The notes beneath the pieces were generated by a model. It ran no database searches and was not told the DNA's origin. It saw nothing but the letters and a program-made list of their open reading frames with translations. Positions 59,333 through 64,000 of a stretch of DNA of 64,000 nt are shown piece after piece. The stretch is from an uncultured Chthonomonadaceae bacterium (GTDB lineage: Bacteria > Armatimonadota > Chthonomonadetes > Chthonomonadales > Chthonomonadaceae), in the NCBI GenBank assembly GCA_963835065.1, contig CAWIEK010000003.1, positions 32,001 through 96,000 of the forward strand, written 5' to 3'. The position numbers and the translations under genes were made by a program. The number at the start of each line of letters is the position of its first letter. The first letter of the stretch is position 1.

Positions 59333-60181
59333 TCACCGAAAGCCGTTGGCTAGGGAGCCGATGAGCAATGTCCAGCCGTTGGCGAGGACGAACAGAAGCA
59401 GTTTGGCGGGCAGGCTGACAATCGTGGGCGGCAGCATCATCATGCCCATGCTCATCAGGGTACTCGCCACCACCATGTCAATGACCAGAAACGGCAGATA
59501 GATGTAAAAGCCGATGATAAACGCCGTTTTCAGTTCGCTCGTAATGAACGCCGGAATCACGGTCATAATGCTGATGTCGTCTTCGGTTTTGGGGCGCTGC
59601 GCGTGGGACAGGTTCAGGAAAAACGCCATGTCACCCGTATACGTTTGCCGCAGCATGAACCCGCGCAGGGGTTTTTCCGCTTTGTCCAGCGCGACCGGAA
59701 GCGTGATCTTGTTGGCGAAATAGGGCTGCAAGGCGTCGTCATTGATTTTGCCCAGTGTCGGCTGCATCACAAAGAACGTCAGGAACAGCGACAATCCGAC
59801 TAAAATCTGGTTCGGCGGAATCTGCGGCGTACCCAATGCGGAGCGCAAAATTGAAAACACGATGATAATGCGCGTGAAGGCTGTCGTCATAATTAAAATG
59901 GACGGAGCCAGCGTCAGGATCGTCATCAGCATCATAATTTGCAGCGTGACCGCCACATCTTTCGGATTCTGCGCCGTGCCCACTCCCAACTGAATTTTCG
60001 GCATCACCATATTTTGCGCCTGCGCCCCCACAGCCAGCAGGCAAAACAACGCGCCGAACAACAACAGTAGAATTTTCGATTTTCGATTTTCGATTGACGA
60101 TTGCCGATTGTGGATTAGGGATTGGGGCTTATCGCGCATTGTCCGGCGGTTGGTTATCCATTTTTCTGAATTGGTCTTCAT
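59333..60181 (-). CDS. fliP: Flagellar export apparatus protein FliP
   Basis: TAFTRIIIV, PPNQILVGLSLFLT, PAFITSELKTAF and MGMMMLPP. Confidence 0.96.
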   Translation of the reverse strand: MKTNSEKWITNRRTMRDKPQSLIHNRQSSIENRKSKILLLLFGALFCLLAVGAQAQNMVMPKIQLGVGTAQNPKDVAVTLQIMMLMTILTLAPSILIMTTAFTRIIIVFSILRSALGTPQIPPNQILVGLSLFLTFFVMQPTLGKINDDALQPYFANKITLPVALDKAEKPLRGFMLRQTYTGDMAFFLNLSHAQRPKTEDDISIMTVIPAFITSELKTAFIIGFYIYLPFLVIDMVVASTLMSMGMMMLPPTIVSLPAKLLLFVLANGWTLLIGSLANGFR

Positions 60182-60265
60182 TCGCTTCCTGCCTGCTCCT
60201 TCTATCCACACAAAATTAGACTATAGCAGCCTGCAATCGTCAATCGAAAATCGAAAATCGAAAAT
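60072..60265. repeat. Inverted heptamer-repeat arms (TTTTCGA)n / (TCGAAAA)n spanning the fliO-fliP junction
   Basis: 33-bp perfect arms at 60072-60104 and 60233-60265. Confidence 0.92.
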
Positions 60266-60267
60266 CG

Positions 60268-61467
60268 TCAATCCTCAATGTCGCGCAGGCGGCGCGCATT
60301 GCCGCGAACGTTCTGGCCGGCTTCGCGCATCAGGTCTTCCAGCGTGGAAACCGTTGCGGCGGCGGGCAGATCGTCCTGCGCATAATCCAAAGCGTCCATG
60401 TCTGCTGCCGCCGTATGCAGCATGTCGCGGAAATCGGTGGAAGCCGCATCCCCGCCGGCCTCAAACTCGGTCAGCAGGTTCAGCCCCGCAGCCGATGCGC
60501 CCAAAAGCAGTATGCGCCCTCGCACTTCCAGCAGATGCACGTTCGCGCTCCCGATAGGAACGCTTTCCAGCAAGCGGATGCTGCTTCCGCCCGCCTGCCG
60601 CGCATTATTCAGATGAAAGCCGCCGACCAGCGCGTTCCAAATACCGCCCTGCGCCCGTTTCTTCGGACCGCTTCCCCTGCTGCCCGTTCCCCACGTCTGG
60701 GATTGCAGGCCGGCGGGCAAGCGCCCCGTTTTCATTTGAAAGCGTTTCAGCAGGTTCAGCGCGCCCATAATGACAAGCAGCATGGGTATGAGGTACGCGA
60801 TTAGTTTCCACGAGTCGCCCACAGACGCCATCGGATTGTCCTGCGTATGGTCGCCGGTTGGCGTAGCGGTGGGTGTTGTGCTGTTCGCGCCTCCCGCGTT
60901 GGAAGCGTATATGTCCGGTTTGGTTTGTGCCAACACGGAGGAATCTTCGATTTTCGATTTTCGATTTTCGATTGGGGAAGCCGTCGGCAGCGCCGGGGCA
61001 AGGGGCGTGGAAATCGGCGTCGTTGCGGAATTGGGTACTGTGCCCGCGCTTGATGCGGGCGAGGCGCTCACCGCCGTAGACGGAACACTCGCCGCCGTAG
61101 ACGGAACACTCGCCGCCGTAGACGGAACACTCGTCGGCGTAGATGCCGGAAGCGGCGTGGACACAGGAACCGTCGCCGCCCTGTTTGCCGAAGCGGCAGG
61201 AGAAGTCTGAGCCGGATTTACAGGAGCGTTGGCAGTGGCTTTCCTGTTCGCAGGAGAAACGGCAGGCGTTGGCGTTGCTGTTTTCTTAGATGCCGCCGCG
61301 TTTTGGGAAGCGGAAACCCTTCCTCCATGTTTGGCAAGCCATTGCTTCCGCCACTCCTGCGCCCATTTTTCATTGGCGCGCGAGCCATGCCCCTGTTGCG
61401 CCTGCGCCCCCGCCGACAATCCACCTATAACAGCCATCACAGCCAGCATCCACGCAGCCGCCTTCAT
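60268..61467 (-). CDS. fliO: Flagellar protein FliO/FliZ-like with long Pro/Ala/Ser/Thr-rich N-terminal region
   Basis: Located between fliN and fliP. Transmembrane segment then IRLLESVPIG...HLLEVRGRILLLGAS...LNLLTE (FliO pattern). 21-nt tandem repeat (VPSTAAS) at ~61070-61140. Confidence 0.8.
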   Translation of the reverse strand: MKAAAWMLAVMAVIGGLSAGAQAQQGHGSRANEKWAQEWRKQWLAKHGGRVSASQNAAASKKTATPTPAVSPANRKATANAPVNPAQTSPAASANRAATVPVSTPLPASTPTSVPSTAASVPSTAASVPSTAVSASPASSAGTVPNSATTPISTPLAPALPTASPIENRKSKIEDSSVLAQTKPDIYASNAGGANSTTPTATPTGDHTQDNPMASVGDSWKLIAYLIPMLLVIMGALNLLKRFQMKTGRLPAGLQSQTWGTGSRGSGPKKRAQGGIWNALVGGFHLNNARQAGGSSIRLLESVPIGSANVHLLEVRGRILLLGASAAGLNLLTEFEAGGDAASTDFRDMLHTAAADMDALDYAQDDLPAAATVSTLEDLMREAGQNVRGNARRLRDIED

Positions 61468-61475
61468 CCCCCGCC

Positions 61476-61546
61476 GAAAATCGAAAATTGAAAATCGAAA
61501 ATCGGCAATCCACAATCGGCAATCGAAAATCGGCAATCGAAAATCA
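61476..61546. repeat. Heptamer repeats (AATCGAA/AATCGGC)n between fliN and fliO
   Basis: Complementary to the (TTTTCGA)n tract inside fliO at ~60947-60973. Confidence 0.85.
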
Positions 61547-61557
61547 CTTCGCATCCC

Positions 61558-62559
61558 CTACCTGACCTTTCCCAGCCCGGCAAGGCGATCCGCCTGGCTG
61601 ACGATTTCTGTGATACGGATGCCGAAGTTGTCTTCGATAACGACCACTTCGCCCTTGGCAACCAATCGTCCGTTGACCAGCAAATCCACGGGTTCGCCTG
61701 CCACGCGATCCAATTCCACAATAGACCCCATAGACAGTTCCAGCACGTCCTTAATCAACATACGGACGCGCCCCAACTCTACAGTGACATCCAGGGGAAT
61801 GTCCATAATCATGTTCATGCCGCGCGGCATCAGGGGTTCCGCAGACGTAGGGAAATTGGCGAAGGGAGGAGCGCCGGATGTGGACGGCAGGGCGCTCGGC
61901 AGTCCGGGCAGTCCGCCGCCCAGTCCGCCGATATCGTTGAGCATAGCCGCGAGATCGTCTTCGCTCAGGCTATCTCCCCCCGCTTCGACGGGCGCGACAA
62001 TCAGCCCGCGCGCCCATTCCGGCGTAATGAGCAGGGTGGCCTCCCCGTCCTCAAGCCCGGCAGCCGAAAGCGTCATACGCGCTTCCAGAATGTCGCCATC
62101 CAGCGCGAAAACAGGCGGAAGCAGGAGCGGGCCGGCCTGCGTGTTGCACGACTCAATCTCGATGTTGTCGCCGTGACTTACCGCCAGCGCCGCCGCCAGG
62201 CCACGTATGCCGCCCTGCAGAGCCGTTGCCAGCAGTTTTACCTGCGCTTCTTCCAGCGTGGCTTCGGACGGCGCATCGGATTCACCGCCGGCATCCATAA
62301 GGTCGGCCAGGAAGCGCGCGGTCGGCAGGGTCAGCAACAGCAGGCTTTCCGCGCTGAACGGCCCTGCCAGGCTGAACACGGTAGAAAGCAGGCTTTCCGC
62401 GCGCATCATCACGTCCTGCATGGGAACCGTTGTGACCTGCTCGACATTCAGCGTAACATCCTTGCCGATCTGCTCGGAAAGCGCCAGGCCGAGGCTGAGA
62501 CTCAAACTGATAATCTGTTCGTGAAGCGCGCTCAACTCGCTGTTGGAAAGTTTGGACAT
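61558..62559 (-). CDS. fliN: Flagellar motor switch protein FliN/FliY-like
   Basis: C-terminal SpoA domain MDIPLDVTVELGR...GEVVVIEDNFGIRI with an N-terminal CheC-like region. Confidence 0.9.
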   Translation of the reverse strand: MSKLSNSELSALHEQIISLSLSLGLALSEQIGKDVTLNVEQVTTVPMQDVMMRAESLLSTVFSLAGPFSAESLLLLTLPTARFLADLMDAGGESDAPSEATLEEAQVKLLATALQGGIRGLAAALAVSHGDNIEIESCNTQAGPLLLPPVFALDGDILEARMTLSAAGLEDGEATLLITPEWARGLIVAPVEAGGDSLSEDDLAAMLNDIGGLGGGLPGLPSALPSTSGAPPFANFPTSAEPLMPRGMNMIMDIPLDVTVELGRVRMLIKDVLELSMGSIVELDRVAGEPVDLLVNGRLVAKGEVVVIEDNFGIRITEIVSQADRLAGLGKVR

Positions 62560-62571
62560 GGGGAAACTCCA

Positions 62572-62648
62572 GGGGTAAGGGATAAGGGATAAGTGGTAAG
62601 GGCTAAGTAAATGCAGTTTCTTACCACTTATCCCTTATCCCTTACCCC
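62572..62648. repeat. Perfect hairpin built from (GGGATAA)n heptamers at the fliM-fliN junction
   Basis: 29-bp arms at 62572-62600 and 62620-62648; includes the fliM stop codon. Confidence 0.92.
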
Positions 62649-63706
62649 TTCTCCTCGGAACTGATTCGGCTGATATGCACCGCCAGTTTTTTGCCGCGCA
62701 TACCCGGCTTGGCGTGAAATTTGAGGTTGTTGTCAATCAGCACGTCTACATCTTCGTGCTTCAGGCGATCCAGCGTCACCACGTCGCCCACCTGCAGGTT
62801 CAGCAGGTGTTCCACCGAGATTTCCGAACGGCCCAGGCGAACCGTGCAGGTGATACTGGTGCGCTCCAGGCGGCGGGCAAGAACCCCGGCGTATTTGCCC
62901 GTGTTCTTTTTGGCGCTGCTGGCAAACCAGCGCTGCGCGCTGAGTTTGGAGGTGATGGGCTTGAGCAGCAGGTAGGGGATGCAGATGCTCATCGCGCCGC
63001 GCTGATCGCCGACTTTGATCTCGAACAAAATGGACACGACAACATCGTTGGGCGGCACGATCTGCACAAACTGCGACTGCGTTTCCATGACTTCGCGCTT
63101 GGGCGTAAACTGCGCGATGCCTTCCCAGGCGGTATGAAAATCCTGCAAGGCGCGGTTGATGATGCTTTCCGTCAGCGCTTTTTCAATGTCGGTCAGGGCG
63201 CTGCACGATTTCATCATGCTGCCCGGCCCGCCCAGCAGGCGATCAATCATGGACAGAAGGATGTTGAATTCCATTTCCAGAATGGCCTGCCCGGCAAGCG
63301 GAGCCATGCTGAACACGTTGATGATGCTGCTGGTCAGCGAGCGCATGTACTCGTCGTAGGGAATTTGTTCGACGGACACCAAATCTACATGCGCGGGAAC
63401 GCGCAGATAGGCCGACAGGGAACTGGCGAACAGCCGCGCAAACGTTTCGTGCAGCATTTGCAGGGTGCGCAGTTGGTCTTTGGCAAACTTGTCGGGACGG
63501 CGAAAATCATAGATTTCGTAGGCAACCGGACTGCGCGACTCCCGTTTGGCGGCAGGGGTGAAGGAGGCGGCAGATGCCGCCGCGGGGGCGCGTACAGGTT
63601 CGAGTGGAGCGCTTGCCGCCGAAGAGGGCGTGTTCGCATCGCCCGCGTCACCGGTCAGGGACGCCAGCAGCGCCTCGATTTCAGCCTGGGAAAGTATTTC
63701 AGCCAA
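62642..63706 (-). CDS. fliM: Flagellar motor switch protein FliM
   Basis: ILSQAEIEALL, YDFRRPDKF, IDRLLGG and LTDIE. TTG start after GAAGGA. Confidence 0.96.
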   Translation of the reverse strand: MAEILSQAEIEALLASLTGDAGDANTPSSAASAPLEPVRAPAAASAASFTPAAKRESRSPVAYEIYDFRRPDKFAKDQLRTLQMLHETFARLFASSLSAYLRVPAHVDLVSVEQIPYDEYMRSLTSSIINVFSMAPLAGQAILEMEFNILLSMIDRLLGGPGSMMKSCSALTDIEKALTESIINRALQDFHTAWEGIAQFTPKREVMETQSQFVQIVPPNDVVVSILFEIKVGDQRGAMSICIPYLLLKPITSKLSAQRWFASSAKKNTGKYAGVLARRLERTSITCTVRLGRSEISVEHLLNLQVGDVVTLDRLKHEDVDVLIDNNLKFHAKPGMRGKKLAVHISRISSEEKG

Positions 63707-63969
63707 TGCGGTTCCTTCACAAAAGTTGTCATGCAGTGGTTGCAGAAAAAGAAACACATGAAGAGACAGATGCAGAGACAAGAGGAGGGCAGCAGCAGGC
63801 TTGTCTTTCAAGCGCGTTCTGTCCCTACTCATTGTCGGCGCGGCCTGGCTGGAACTGTAGGCTGAATTTAGGGTTCGTAATTTTACCCCTGCCAAGCCGG
63901 CGGGAAGCCTCCTTTTGCCAACGGGAAGGGGCGCAAGCAAAGGATGAAGGAGGAGAGATAAGAGATAAG

Positions 63970-64000
63970 AGTATGTAGAGGCATCGTCGAAATCTTGGCA
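63970..64000. repeat. Dispersed element, copy 3 (cut by window edge)
   Basis: AGTATGTAGAGGCATCGTCGAAATCTTGGCA is 30/31 identical to copies 1 and 2, and is preceded by GCAAGCAAAGGATGAAGGA as in copy 1. Confidence 0.85.

Noticed and set aside
61468..61554. N-terminal extension of fliO (MRSDFRLPIFDCRL...) in the ORF track
   Set aside because: Pure repeat translation ahead of a clear signal peptide starting at ATG 61467. It is in frame, so translation cannot be fully excluded.
63707..63969. c-di-GMP riboswitch upstream of fliM
   Set aside because: I could not find the GEMM-I or class II consensus by eye; an Infernal scan would be needed.
1..64000. tRNA, rRNA, transposase or integrase genes
   Set aside because: None recognised by eye; tRNAscan-SE, barrnap or ISEScan would be needed to exclude them formally.

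Overview
GC-rich bacterial chromosomal window. The gene families point to Armatimonadota or a related lineage (inference from the DUF1559-like prepilin/H-X9-DG proteins, ASPIC-UnbV/TPR pairs and a WWPLHP membrane protein). Housekeeping and signalling genes (folC, sua5, obgE, ilvA, rph, rdgB, fliM-fliN-fliO-fliP, a hybrid kinase with a response regulator, a diguanylate cyclase) are mixed with accessory loci. The strongest candidates for something undescribed are: (1) a dispersed ~150-nt element in three copies (one cut by the window edge); the two complete copies carry an SD, a mini-ORF ending Pro-Pro-CCC-UGA, and a conserved downstream core; (2) an AsnB-like / radical SAM / flavin-halogenase / methyltransferase operon; (3) heptamer tandem repeats that form inverted arms across gene junctions and appear to supply translated N-termini; (4) a SAMHD1-like HD hydrolase paired with a YwgA/SocA-like gene; (5) a GNAT plus small acidic protein pair resembling a TA module; (6) a prepilin-like/TPR/ASPIC-UnbV/heptaheme cytochrome module; (7) an ECF sigma factor fused to an APH-like domain. 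No rRNA, tRNA, CRISPR array or transposase was recognised. All calls come from reading motifs by eye; no database searches were run.
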